A stretch of 57,235 nt of DNA from a virus (Duplodnaviria > Caudoviricetes): IMG/VR virus record IMGVR_UViG_3300027747_001100, positions 1 through 57,235 of that record, one strand, 5' to 3'. Shown piece after piece: positions 36,833 to 45,434 of the stretch (position 1 is the first letter of the stretch; every line of letters starts with the position of its first letter). The notes under the pieces were generated by a model. It was not told the origin of the DNA. It saw nothing but the letters and a program-made list of their open reading frames with translations, and searched no databases. Made by a program: the position numbers and the translations under genes.

Positions 36833-37011
36833 TTCTCTTGTGCCTTTCCAGTTACTAATTCATCAATTAGCCTTAACTCAGTTTTCAACGCCTCTATTTC
36901 AGCTTGTTGCTGGCGTATAAAGTTGGCATAGTGTTGGAACGGCTTAGCTTTTGCACCGTCTTGTAGCCAATGAATAGACTCTAGTTCTTCTGCTATTTCA
37001 TTTGCATTCAT
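36829..37011 (-). CDS. Hypothetical protein
   Basis: MNANEIAEEL...IRQQQAEIEALK; ATGA overlap. Confidence 0.6.
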   Translation of the reverse strand: MNANEIAEELESIHWLQDGAKAKPFQHYANFIRQQQAEIEALKTELRLIDELVTGKAQEK

Positions 37012-37127
37012 TTCTTTTCACCTCGCCATATCTGATACATAATGTATGACATAATAAATAATGGCGTTGTAAATACGCCAAGCATAAAGCATAGAAACAA
37101 CACAGTAAGTAAATTAACTTCAAACAT
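37008..37127 (-). CDS. Small membrane protein (39 aa)
   Basis: MFEVNLLTVLFLCFMLGVFTTPLFIMSYIMYQIWRGEKK; tiles between neighbours. Confidence 0.5.
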   Translation of the reverse strand: MFEVNLLTVLFLCFMLGVFTTPLFIMSYIMYQIWRGEKK

Positions 37128-37128
37128 G

Positions 37129-37401
37129 TTATTGCCTTTGACTTGGAATGCGGTTAAGAATCTTTTCGACTAAATCTTTGCAAACATCAAAGTCATCTTT
37201 TAGCCAGTCCGTGTATTCTTCAACCAGTTTAGCACATGCTTCACGCTCCATTAGCACTGCTTGCTTTACTGTGTCAATAGCAAATGCCATAATCTCAGTT
37301 TTAGCTTCTTCAAGAGCATCATCAAACTCTTTTTGCGTAAATAATGTAGCTTGTGTACCTTTAGCAAAGAACTGCTTTTGGAAATCATTCATCTCCGCCA
37401 T
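37129..37401 (-). CDS. Hypothetical protein (EREACAK-type phage family)
   Basis: AVLMEREACAKLVE. Confidence 0.65.
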   Translation of the reverse strand: MAEMNDFQKQFFAKGTQATLFTQKEFDDALEEAKTEIMAFAIDTVKQAVLMEREACAKLVEEYTDWLKDDFDVCKDLVEKILNRIPSQRQ

Positions 37402-37807
37402 TTAGCTTCTCCTTCTTCTTTTTAATAGGCTTTTGTGTCTCAATTACATCAGGCATAGATGTAGATTCTTGTGGGACAGGCACAGGATCTGATGGAGCCA
37501 ATGTAATTATTTCAATAGGCTCAGGTTCAGGGCTTTCAAGATCAGTAGCTTGTACAACATCAAGAGGCGAAATATCACGTGGCTTTACTTGTAATGGCTC
37601 AAAGTCTATATCTTCTGCATCAAGTACGTCTTGTATTTCTTTTAGCAATGATTTGCCAATCGGTACAAAGCATAGTGGTGTAACAGGCAAGCCTGTTGGG
37701 CTAACTACTGACACCAATACAGTATCTTCCGGTATGATGCGACTATGTGCCATTGCTTCAGCTTTACTTGCAAGACCGCCGAATATTACTAGTTCTTTAA
37801 GCTTCAT
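37385..37807 (-). CDS. Hypothetical Pro/Glu-rich protein
   Basis: 140-aa ORF tiling the operon. Confidence 0.55.
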   Translation of the reverse strand: MKLKELVIFGGLASKAEAMAHSRIIPEDTVLVSVVSPTGLPVTPLCFVPIGKSLLKEIQDVLDAEDIDFEPLQVKPRDISPLDVVQATDLESPEPEPIEIITLAPSDPVPVPQESTSMPDVIETQKPIKKKKEKLNGGDE

Positions 37808-37808
37808 T

Positions 37809-37937
37809 TTATTTTCCTGTTGTGATTTGAACTTGTTTTACTTTAGCAAAAGCAATATCAACTGCTTCAGCTACACCTGTGATGCCATATGTTGTTATGC
37901 AAAAGCCAACAACCATTCCAATTATAAAATTAAACAT
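37809..37937 (-). CDS. Small membrane protein (42 aa)
   Basis: MFNFIIGMVVGFCITTYGITGVA...; SD ggag. Confidence 0.55.
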   Translation of the reverse strand: MFNFIIGMVVGFCITTYGITGVAEAVDIAFAKVKQVQITTGK

Positions 37938-38088
37938 TTTTTCTCCACCAATGAATTGTTTTACGACGACCATACTTTAAACGAAGCTTAAATGCATGAT
38001 AATAGTTAAAAATCTTAATGACTGTTTTGTGTTGACGACGCATTGATGCCATACGTGTTTTAGCATACCGCGTTCTAATTATTCCCAT
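37930..38088 (-). CDS. Small very basic protein (52 aa)
   Basis: MGIIRTRYAKTRMASMRRQHK...GRRKTIHWWRKNV; fills the gap and overlaps both neighbours. Confidence 0.45.
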   Translation of the reverse strand: MGIIRTRYAKTRMASMRRQHKTVIKIFNYYHAFKLRLKYGRRKTIHWWRKNV

Positions 38089-38471
38089 GGAAACACCAAC
38101 CAATTGTCTAAGCGCATTTTCTTACCGTAAAAATCTAATTGATCTAATCCAACATTGTGATACAACACAGCAAACTGAGTCATAGGGTTAACTTGTTTTA
38201 AGTCTTGCATTGTTTTACCGGTGTCATAGATCTCGTCTATAATCAGTGTTTTCTCAGCTAATGAAATAGGCAATATAGCATCTTCTTTAGTGATAGCCAT
38301 CATAGGTAGTTCAAGCCGATGTGATAACATTACAGCAGGAATAAGACCGCCTCTTGTAACACCTGCAATCATTTCAAACTTTTCGCCTGAATCTTTAATT
38401 TGCTTTTGTATAACATCTAAAAGCTCATTAATTTCAGTCCAACTAACAAATGTTTTATTCTTTTTAGTCAT
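38079..38471 (-). CDS. Type I phosphoribosyltransferase (xanthine/guanine PRT-like)
   Basis: AGVTRGGLIPA...LIIDEIYDTGKT (PRPP-binding motif)...WLVFPWE. Confidence 0.85.
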   Translation of the reverse strand: MTKKNKTFVSWTEINELLDVIQKQIKDSGEKFEMIAGVTRGGLIPAVMLSHRLELPMMAITKEDAILPISLAEKTLIIDEIYDTGKTMQDLKQVNPMTQFAVLYHNVGLDQLDFYGKKMRLDNWLVFPWE

Positions 38472-38671
38472 AGCAATTCCTTTTTAAGAGCAATTACAGT
38501 TTCTTCTAAATTACCGTGTGGTTGCTTACTTTCAACAATACCAATAGCAACCATTGCTACATGGCGCCAAGCTTCATCCCATACCGCTTTAGGTTCTTGA
38601 AGTAAGTCTTCTGCATTAGCAGTCTTTAAAAGCTTATTCCAATCTTCAAAGTGCTGTTCCCATTTTTGCAT
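38468..38671 (-). CDS. Hypothetical protein
   Basis: 67 aa; ATGA overlap. Confidence 0.6.
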   Translation of the reverse strand: MQKWEQHFEDWNKLLKTANAEDLLQEPKAVWDEAWRHVAMVAIGIVESKQPHGNLEETVIALKKELL

Positions 38672-38672
38672 G

Positions 38673-38954
38673 TTATATAAGCCCCAAGTATTTCATACCT
38701 TTAGTTGTAACAGAACAGTTTTTAACTCTATTATCTTCTGCTTCTTGCGTAACTTTAATGAACCCATTATCTCTAAGCCATTTTAGTTGCGTGTAAATAG
38801 ATGCACTGTTTTGAACGCCTTCTGTTGTGCCTCTAAGCATGACATTAGTAACTGTCATAACACCTTCATCCATGACCATGTCTAAAAGTATTTCAGCAGC
38901 ATAATGCATATCATGCTGTTTTCGTTTACGATGCCAATGTATTGGTGATGTCAT
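38673..38954 (-). CDS. Winged-helix (MarR-like) DNA-binding protein
   Basis: SASIYTQLKWLRDNGFI...DNRVKNCSVTTKG wing motif; start MTSPIHW at 38954. Confidence 0.6.
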   Translation of the reverse strand: MTSPIHWHRKRKQHDMHYAAEILLDMVMDEGVMTVTNVMLRGTTEGVQNSASIYTQLKWLRDNGFIKVTQEAEDNRVKNCSVTTKGMKYLGLI

Positions 38955-38962
38955 ACAAACCT

Positions 38963-39064
38963 TTAAAAAGATAAAAATAAAACTATAAACAAATACACCG
39001 CAACCACACCAAGTGCAGTTGCGGCTATAAACTGAATGCCGGTGAGTTCTTTTACTGGTCCCAT
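38963..39064 (-). CDS. Small single-TM protein (33 aa)
   Basis: MGPVKELTGIQFIAATALGVVAVYLFIVLFLSF. Confidence 0.4.
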   Translation of the reverse strand: MGPVKELTGIQFIAATALGVVAVYLFIVLFLSF

Positions 39065-39324
39065 CCTGGTAACCTTCCTTTTTTAGTAAACAATAATTTA
39101 GGCGGCTTATCTTGTGAATATTGTGAATAGCCATATAGCTCAAGTTCATAATGAAGACGAGCTTCATCTTCGTCAGTGCTACTGAAGACTAGTTCATCAT
39201 TTTCAAAAACACCATAGCCTTCTTTGTTTTCTTCTTCGGTGTGCCAGTACCAAGCGTCTTCGTTTAAGTAACGAACTGATAAATTTTCATATGATTCCAA
39301 TACTTTGCCGTCGTGCTTATGCAT
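39052..39324 (-). CDS. Acidic hypothetical early protein
   Basis: 90 aa, E/D/Y-rich; SD gagga. Confidence 0.6.
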   Translation of the reverse strand: MHKHDGKVLESYENLSVRYLNEDAWYWHTEEENKEGYGVFENDELVFSSTDEDEARLHYELELYGYSQYSQDKPPKLLFTKKGRLPGWDQ

Positions 39325-39523
39325 GATCTTCCTCTACTGTGATGTTATATGTTTTGCCTTGTAAGTCTTTTATTTTAAATGTTTTCTTAGATGATACAAG
39401 AGAACCATTTGTGTCGGTGTCGTATGTAGTAACACCGATTGCTAGGATCATCTTTTCTTTATCTAACATTGACAAACCCTGTTTTATAACATGAGTTATA
39501 TAGTCGCAATATGCCATTTTCAT
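39317..39523 (-). CDS. Hypothetical early protein
   Basis: Start MKMAYCDYI at 39523 follows SD aaggag. Confidence 0.6.
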   Translation of the reverse strand: MKMAYCDYITHVIKQGLSMLDKEKMILAIGVTTYDTDTNGSLVSSKKTFKIKDLQGKTYNITVEEDHA

Positions 39524-39533
39524 AATAGACTCC

Positions 39534-39659
39534 TTAGAATAAGCAAGAAACAAACCAAACGATTGCGGAATAAATACATACATCAGCTATAAAATAGCAA
39601 GGGAAATACTTTTGGCCAAATACGCGTTTTTGTGTGAGGTTATAAATGATTTTGTTCAT
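39534..39659 (-). CDS. Small hypothetical protein (41 aa), first gene of the leftward arm
   Basis: MNKIIYNLTQKRVFG...; SD aagga upstream. Confidence 0.45.
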   Translation of the reverse strand: MNKIIYNLTQKRVFGQKYFPCYFIADVCIYSAIVWFVSCLF

Positions 39660-39669
39660 GATAGTTAAG

Positions 39670-39850
39670 TCCTTTAGAAGTTAAGAAAAGCTACTACAAG
39701 AGCATAGTACCATAAGTTTTTAGTATATTTACATTATTTTATAAATTTATAAGATATTTCACTATATGACAAAAGTAAACATTTTGTTCGATAAATGAGA
39801 AAAGTAAACAGTTTCATGATACAGTGCTTCTTATGGCTTCGGCCATATAA
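39670..39850. promoter_or_regulatory. Divergent AT-rich early promoter region with two AAGTAAACA boxes
   Basis: Genes diverge here; boxes at 39773-39781 and 39802-39810; minus-strand TG-g-TACTAT -10-like element near 39705. Confidence 0.55.
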
Positions 39851-39866
39851 CTTAAAGGAAACTAAA

Positions 39867-40163
39867 ATGCTAAAAACTCAACTTCAAAGCCTTACAGATA
39901 TTACCCTCTATGATCAACTCGGTTTTATTAAAGCCGAAATTGCTCACCTTCAGGACCAAGAAAAAGCTATTAAAGAGCAGATCATCGCTCAAGGCTTCGG
40001 TTCATACAGCGGTCAGATGTTTGATGTAACAGTATCCTCAACAACCCGTGACACATTGGACATGGAAGCAGTTAGAGCTAAGCTCTCACCTCAGTTTATC
40101 AGATCACACACAAAAACAACCACTTACCCAACAGTTCGCGTAACAGCACGGAAAGGCAACTAA
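39867..40163 (+). CDS. Hypothetical early protein
   Basis: MLKTQLQSL...DQLGFIKAEIAHL; ATG at 39867 follows SD aagga. Confidence 0.65.
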   Translation: MLKTQLQSLTDITLYDQLGFIKAEIAHLQDQEKAIKEQIIAQGFGSYSGQMFDVTVSSTTRDTLDMEAVRAKLSPQFIRSHTKTTTYPTVRVTARKGN

Positions 40164-40165
40164 TC

Positions 40166-41149
40166 ATGGCACACGAAATCGATATGTCAAACGGACAAGC
40201 TAACATGGCATACGTGGGGGAAACCCCATGGCATGGCCTTGGTCAACAACTTAAGGCAGGCGCCACAATCGAGCAATGGCGTAAAGCAGCCGGTATGAAT
40301 TTCTCTATTTATACCAGCCCAGTACAGTTCGAAAGCCCTGAAGCGGTCGGTGACCCAATGACCTTTGACGGTCATAATGTTCTATACCGCTCAGACACCA
40401 AGGTTCCACTTGCAGTGGTTTCTAATAAGTATCAGGTAGTTCAACCTAAAGAAGTACTAGAGTTTTACCGTGACCTTACGGCTGGTGCCGGCTTTAGCTT
40501 AGAAACAGCCGGTGTTCTTAAAGGCGGTAAAAAGTACTGGGCATTGGCATCCATTGGCAAAGAAGCCAAAATTCTTGATGACCAGATCAAAGGCTACCTC
40601 CTGCTAGGCTCAGCATGTGATGGCTCAATGGCTACTACAGCTATGTTTACCTCAATCCGCGTAGTGTGCAACAACACACTTGGCTTTGCAGTGTCCGAGG
40701 CTGATAACGGTACTGCCAAAGCAGTGGTTCGTATTAACCACCGCACCTCATTCGATGAAGCCAAAGTTAAGGCACAACTAGGCCTAGCCGCCAACAGCTG
40801 GGATTCTTTCCTTTACAATGTAAACGTTTGGTCCAAGACCAAGGTCGATCTGGTACAGGCACAGGCCTACTTTGATAAGGTTGCCTCATACACAACCACA
40901 GAAGGCGAGGAAAGAGTATCAGATCGTACATCCAAGTACCTCATGGAACTATTTGCTGGCGGTGGCAAAGGCAGTGATTTAAAATCGGCTAATGGAACAG
41001 CATGGGGCTTAATCAATGCAGTTACTGAGTTTGTTGACCATCACCGTGGTCGTTCTAATGATGTTCGTATCGACCGTGCTTGGTTTGGTGACGGCATTAA
41101 AACGAAAGAGCTCGCAACTGATTTAGCCAATGATCTTTGCTTTGCATGA
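40166..41149 (+). CDS. DUF932 family phage/plasmid protein
   Basis: MAHEID...MAYVGETPWHGLG...YQVVQP...ETAGVLKGGKKYW...RVVCNNTL...TAWGLINAVTEFVDH. Confidence 0.85.
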   Translation: MAHEIDMSNGQANMAYVGETPWHGLGQQLKAGATIEQWRKAAGMNFSIYTSPVQFESPEAVGDPMTFDGHNVLYRSDTKVPLAVVSNKYQVVQPKEVLEFYRDLTAGAGFSLETAGVLKGGKKYWALASIGKEAKILDDQIKGYLLLGSACDGSMATTAMFTSIRVVCNNTLGFAVSEADNGTAKAVVRINHRTSFDEAKVKAQLGLAANSWDSFLYNVNVWSKTKVDLVQAQAYFDKVASYTTTEGEERVSDRTSKYLMELFAGGGKGSDLKSANGTAWGLINAVTEFVDHHRGRSNDVRIDRAWFGDGIKTKELATDLANDLCFA

Positions 41150-41193
41150 TATGATGTTCTTCCTGCCGTCACTTATGTAGTGGCGGCACTAAA

Positions 41194-41225
41194 TAAAAAA
41201 ATCCCCGAACGTTAGTTCGGGGATT
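41194..41225. terminator. Perfect 11-bp inverted repeat with an upstream A-run (minus-strand or bidirectional terminator-like)
   Basis: aatccccgaac-gtta-gttcggggatt preceded by aaaaaa; a second hairpin lies at 41164-41188. Confidence 0.6.
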
Positions 41226-41253
41226 CAAGGTGTTTCACGTAAAGGAAATGGAA

Positions 41254-43323
41254 ATGTCATCAGGGTTTGCATCCCATACAACACAACCAGAACAATTATA
41301 CTACAATGATCTTAAAAACAGAAAAATCACTGATGAAGATGCAAAAATCTTAGGCTTAGAGTTACTGAATCCAGAGCAAACACAAGCTCTGATCGGACAC
41401 ACTAAAGACTGGGCAATCAAGATACCGTATTTTGATTTGCAAGGGCAAGCTACTGGCTTTACTCGTATTCGGCTTTTAATGCCAAAAACTAAGATGAAGT
41501 ATAGCCAGCGTAGGTCTAGTGGCGCTCACATCTATTTTCCGCCAACCATCAATTGGCAGTCATACATTAAAGATGTTAGATTACCGCTGATTATTACAGA
41601 AGGTGAGTTTAAAAGCTGGGCTATCGTAAAAGCAGTGTCTAATGAAGGCCTGAACCATGCTGTGATTGGCTTAGCAGGCGTTACTAGTTGGGGTGATAAG
41701 GCCAATGAAACGCCATTGCATAAAGACCTGATGGAGATCATGTGGAAAAAGACTACCGGTTACGAAACAGTTAACCGCCAAGTCTACGTTCTATTTGACT
41801 ATGACGGTAAAGAAGATAATGGCGAGCCTAATGAACAAGTTGCTATAGCAGAAGCACAATTAGCCAAGACACTGAGAGGACTAGGCGCTGATGTGCATCT
41901 ATGCCGCATCGGTAAATATGCTAATGCTCAATACGATAAATACGCTATTGATGACCACCTGAATGACGGCAAAACATTAGGTGAAGTGTTACTAAATGCT
42001 GAGCAATTAAGTGTCATGGGAATAGCCGATCTTAAAACGCTACTCTACGAATTTAGAACACAATATGCATTCTTTAATGGTGATGTGATTCGCTTACATG
42101 ATGGCCATGGGTTTGCATACAGTAAAGCTAAGATCGATGCCGGCCATTTGCGCTATCAATTTACCAATGCACAAGGTCAAGTTAAGAATACAGACTTGTT
42201 GGATGAGTATAAAGCTTGGCCAAAGAAGCTAAACCTAAAAGCTATTGATGTATACCCTGAGTACCAAGGTTATACCATCACACCAGATGGTGCATACAAT
42301 CTACTTAAAGATTGGCGCTATGCACCTATGGACGGTGATGTGCAGGCTTACTTAGACTTTTGTAAGTACTTTTTTCGCGACCTACCAGAGTTTGAGGATT
42401 TCTTTCACAACTGGGTAGCACAGATAGTTCAACAACCTTGGAAAAAGAACTTTACATCCATTATCTTTGCATCTAGTTTAGAAGGTGTAGGTAAATCAGC
42501 TTTGGCTGAGTTTATAGCTACTATGATGGGCATCGGCCTTAACTGGCCTGCAGGCATTTGTGGCCCTGATGAAATCTTTAAAGAAAAGAATGATGTATTA
42601 AGTGGCAAACTACTGGTAGTGGTTAACGAACCTAGCAGTGACCGTGACGACCACCAGAAGACACTCAAACACCTAGTCACATCCGACTTTATTAACATTG
42701 ATAAAAAGTACGGCCTGAAGTACACGACTAGGAATTACATTAATCTAATTCTGACCACCAATGCTTCATATGTAACCAAAATGAGCAAAAATAGCCGTCG
42801 CGATGCTATTTACATGCCTAAAACGCTGACACGCGAAGAAGGATCTATGCGATACAAAACTCTAGAACACTGGGCTAAGCATGAACACGGTTATTCTAAA
42901 GTTCTAAACTGGTACATGTGTAGAAATCTAGAAGACTATAGTCCAACAGCAGCCGCACCAACATCGGCACACAAGGACGAAGCAGTTAAGATGAGCCAAA
43001 CCAGTATTGAAGACTTTGCTGATGAGCTATATGAGATTATCGAGCATGAAATGCAAGGCATTGCAGCATTTCGGCCTAACCAGATAGAGATATTAGCAGA
43101 AGCTCTAAGCGGTCTAAAGAACGTAAAAGCCAAAGCTTTGGTCTATGCATTTAGCAAAATAGGTGAGGTTGACATGTCAGCAGTAGTTAAGATAGACGGT
43201 GTTGCTACTAGATTTCATGTGTATGTAACAAAGAGTGGAAGTTACAAAAGTAAAGTTACAAAATTGCATGATGTGATTTTAGCGACCAAAGACATGGTGA
43301 ATAAGAGGCTCAGCCTTGGATAA
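41254..43323 (+). CDS. Primase-helicase (Toprim DUF3854-like plus SF3/DUF5906-like NTPase)
   Basis: IITEGEFK, IGLAGVTSW, FDYD and IDD Toprim motifs; EGVGKS Walker A; VVVNE; INIDKKY; ILTTN. Start could be 41230, 41248 or 41254. Confidence 0.85.
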   Translation: MSSGFASHTTQPEQLYYNDLKNRKITDEDAKILGLELLNPEQTQALIGHTKDWAIKIPYFDLQGQATGFTRIRLLMPKTKMKYSQRRSSGAHIYFPPTINWQSYIKDVRLPLIITEGEFKSWAIVKAVSNEGLNHAVIGLAGVTSWGDKANETPLHKDLMEIMWKKTTGYETVNRQVYVLFDYDGKEDNGEPNEQVAIAEAQLAKTLRGLGADVHLCRIGKYANAQYDKYAIDDHLNDGKTLGEVLLNAEQLSVMGIADLKTLLYEFRTQYAFFNGDVIRLHDGHGFAYSKAKIDAGHLRYQFTNAQGQVKNTDLLDEYKAWPKKLNLKAIDVYPEYQGYTITPDGAYNLLKDWRYAPMDGDVQAYLDFCKYFFRDLPEFEDFFHNWVAQIVQQPWKKNFTSIIFASSLEGVGKSALAEFIATMMGIGLNWPAGICGPDEIFKEKNDVLSGKLLVVVNEPSSDRDDHQKTLKHLVTSDFINIDKKYGLKYTTRNYINLILTTNASYVTKMSKNSRRDAIYMPKTLTREEGSMRYKTLEHWAKHEHGYSKVLNWYMCRNLEDYSPTAAAPTSAHKDEAVKMSQTSIEDFADELYEIIEHEMQGIAAFRPNQIEILAEALSGLKNVKAKALVYAFSKIGEVDMSAVVKIDGVATRFHVYVTKSGSYKSKVTKLHDVILATKDMVNKRLSLG

Positions 43324-43505
43324 AGTGGTTGTTTTTGTAACTTGTAACCGTATTTGTAACCTATTTGTAACGGGGTTGCGGAGTATACTGAGCTTAGCTA
43401 CGAAGTATCTGAGTTACAAAGGTTACATTATTCTATTTAAAATTAAAATATGTATATGTATATCGTATAAAAGAGTCTGCAGCATTTTGTAACCGTTTTT
43501 GTAAC
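43224..43505. other. Putative replication origin: 11 TGTAAC/GTTACA iterons around an AT-rich core
   Basis: TGTAAC at 43224, 43336, 43343, 43355, 43366, 43488, 43500; GTTACA at 43241, 43255, 43413, 43422; AT-rich 43428-43472; directly after the primase-helicase. Confidence 0.7.
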
Positions 43506-43536
43506 CGAGAGATCAGAAAGTGTGTAGAATTGCATC

Positions 43537-43980
43537 ATGACAGCAGAAAAGAAAATTGGTAGACCTACGAAATATGATCCAGCGTACTGTGAGATCGCGA
43601 TAGAGCTCGGACGGCAGGGCAAGAGCCGTGAGTCGATTGCGGCAAACTTAAACGTAAGCTGGAATACACTCAACATATGGGCTGAAACTCATCCAGAATT
43701 TTTAGAGGCCTTGAGCAATGCCAAGACCTTAGAGCAGGATTACTGGGAAGATCTAGGCTTACGCTACATCGTAGAGGCTCCTGGAGGATCCAAACTTAAT
43801 TCGGCGGTCTGGGGCAGATCAATGGCTGCTCGGTTTCCACAAAAGTGGCGCGATAATTCTAAGATGGAAGTTGTTGGCAAGGACAATGGCGCAATACAGG
43901 TCGATGTGGTTCATGACTTTTCACAAGGCTTATTGAATGATTTGCTAGCTACTAGACAAGACGATGCCGATAAAGAGTGA
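43537..43980 (+). CDS. terS: Terminase small subunit
   Basis: GRPTKYDP...IAANLNVSWNTLNIW...HPEFLEAL HTH; RFPQKWRD; upstream of terL. Confidence 0.85.
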   Translation: MTAEKKIGRPTKYDPAYCEIAIELGRQGKSRESIAANLNVSWNTLNIWAETHPEFLEALSNAKTLEQDYWEDLGLRYIVEAPGGSKLNSAVWGRSMAARFPQKWRDNSKMEVVGKDNGAIQVDVVHDFSQGLLNDLLATRQDDADKE

Positions 43981-45400
43981 CACAGCACTAGAATTCGCTG
44001 AAAAGCTAAAAAATAATAAGCAAATCAACCACTTACCGCCGGAATACCAAGCGGCGTTTAAAGCACGTGCCATCTGGCTACACATAGCCAACAATCATCA
44101 GCTACCGCCAAGTGGCGACTGGTGGGACATATGGCTTCTGTTGGCAGGCCGTGGTGCCGGTAAGACACGTTGTGCCGCTGAATGGGCTTGGTGGGAAGCA
44201 TGGAACTCTAAGACACCGATTCGTCTACTCGTCTCAGCGCCGACATTCGGTGACTTACGAGACGTTTGCTTTGAAGGTGACTCGGGGCTGCTTAACGTGA
44301 TGCCAACTAGTCTCATCAAGAACTATTCTAAGTCCGTGACTGAGCTGGAGCTAATCAACGGATCTCTAATCAAAGGCATTGCAGCGTCTGAACCAGAACG
44401 TTTTCGTGGTCCTCAGTTTCACGGCGGCTGGCTTGACGAGCTTGCCGCTTGGATGTACCTTGACGAGGCATGGGACATGATTCAGTTCGGCATGCGTCTT
44501 GGTCAACACCCTCGGCTGATCTGTACGTCGACGCCAAAGCCAAAGCCACGAGTCTTAGAGCTGATTGGCCGAGATGGCGATGACGTGGCTTATACAACGG
44601 CCACTACGTATGACAACATCATGAACTTGGCGCCTACGTTCCAGAAACAGATTCTTCAGTATGAAGGCACATCCATCGGCCGCCAAGAGATTTACGCCGA
44701 GATCATTGACCCTGAAGAGTCTGGCATCATTAAGCGAAACTGGTTTAGGCTTTGGAACAACGACAAACCGTTGCCACAGTTCCAGTACGTGGTGCAATCG
44801 TATGACTGTGCTACGTCCGACAAGACAATCAACGATCCAACCGCATGCTCTGTTTGGGGTGTCTTTAAGCCAAGCGATGACAAGCCAATGTCCGTGATGC
44901 TGATCGACTGCTGGACTGAGCACATGCAATACCCAGAGCTACGACCAAGAGTCGTGGAAGAGTATGCCTCGATCTATGGCGATGAGGACGAATGGGGCCA
45001 TGGTAAGAAGGTCGATCTGGTGCTGATCGAGGACAAGTCGGCCGGTATTTCCCTGATTCAAGACCTACAGCGTGCTGGCTTGCCTGTCCGTGCTTACAAT
45101 CCTGGAATGGCCGACAAGACGCAACGGCTTAACATCGTTAGTCCTATCATAGCCAAGGGCTTGGTCTACATACCTGAGTCTACGGTCAAAAAAGGTGCAC
45201 CAAGAGACTGGGTTGAACCGCTTCTAAATCAGATATGCGCGTTCCCTGAGGTTCGGCATGACGACTTGGTTGACACAACCAGCCAAGCACTACGTATTCT
45301 TCGTGACATGGGCTTCCTAACTGTGGACTACATACCGAATGACAATGACATGTATGTCGATGAGACTAAGCCAAAATATGTAAACCCGTATGCCGTTTGA
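43964..45400 (+). CDS. terL: Terminase large subunit
   Basis: AGRGAGKT, RGPQFHGGWLDE, TSTPKP, QSYDCA, IEDKSAG and FPEVRHDDLVD motifs. Confidence 0.95.
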   Translation: MPIKSDTALEFAEKLKNNKQINHLPPEYQAAFKARAIWLHIANNHQLPPSGDWWDIWLLLAGRGAGKTRCAAEWAWWEAWNSKTPIRLLVSAPTFGDLRDVCFEGDSGLLNVMPTSLIKNYSKSVTELELINGSLIKGIAASEPERFRGPQFHGGWLDELAAWMYLDEAWDMIQFGMRLGQHPRLICTSTPKPKPRVLELIGRDGDDVAYTTATTYDNIMNLAPTFQKQILQYEGTSIGRQEIYAEIIDPEESGIIKRNWFRLWNNDKPLPQFQYVVQSYDCATSDKTINDPTACSVWGVFKPSDDKPMSVMLIDCWTEHMQYPELRPRVVEEYASIYGDEDEWGHGKKVDLVLIEDKSAGISLIQDLQRAGLPVRAYNPGMADKTQRLNIVSPIIAKGLVYIPESTVKKGAPRDWVEPLLNQICAFPEVRHDDLVDTTSQALRILRDMGFLTVDYIPNDNDMYVDETKPKYVNPYAV

Positions 45401-45434
45401 CAGTATAATCGCTTAAAGAACGGAGAGCCCTTCC

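Noticed and set aside
45396-45409. Consensus sigma70 promoter TTGACA plus TATAAT before the large orphan
   Set aside because: The hexamers are only about 1 bp apart rather than about 17, so they cannot act as a pair. The TATAAT alone may still be a -10 element.
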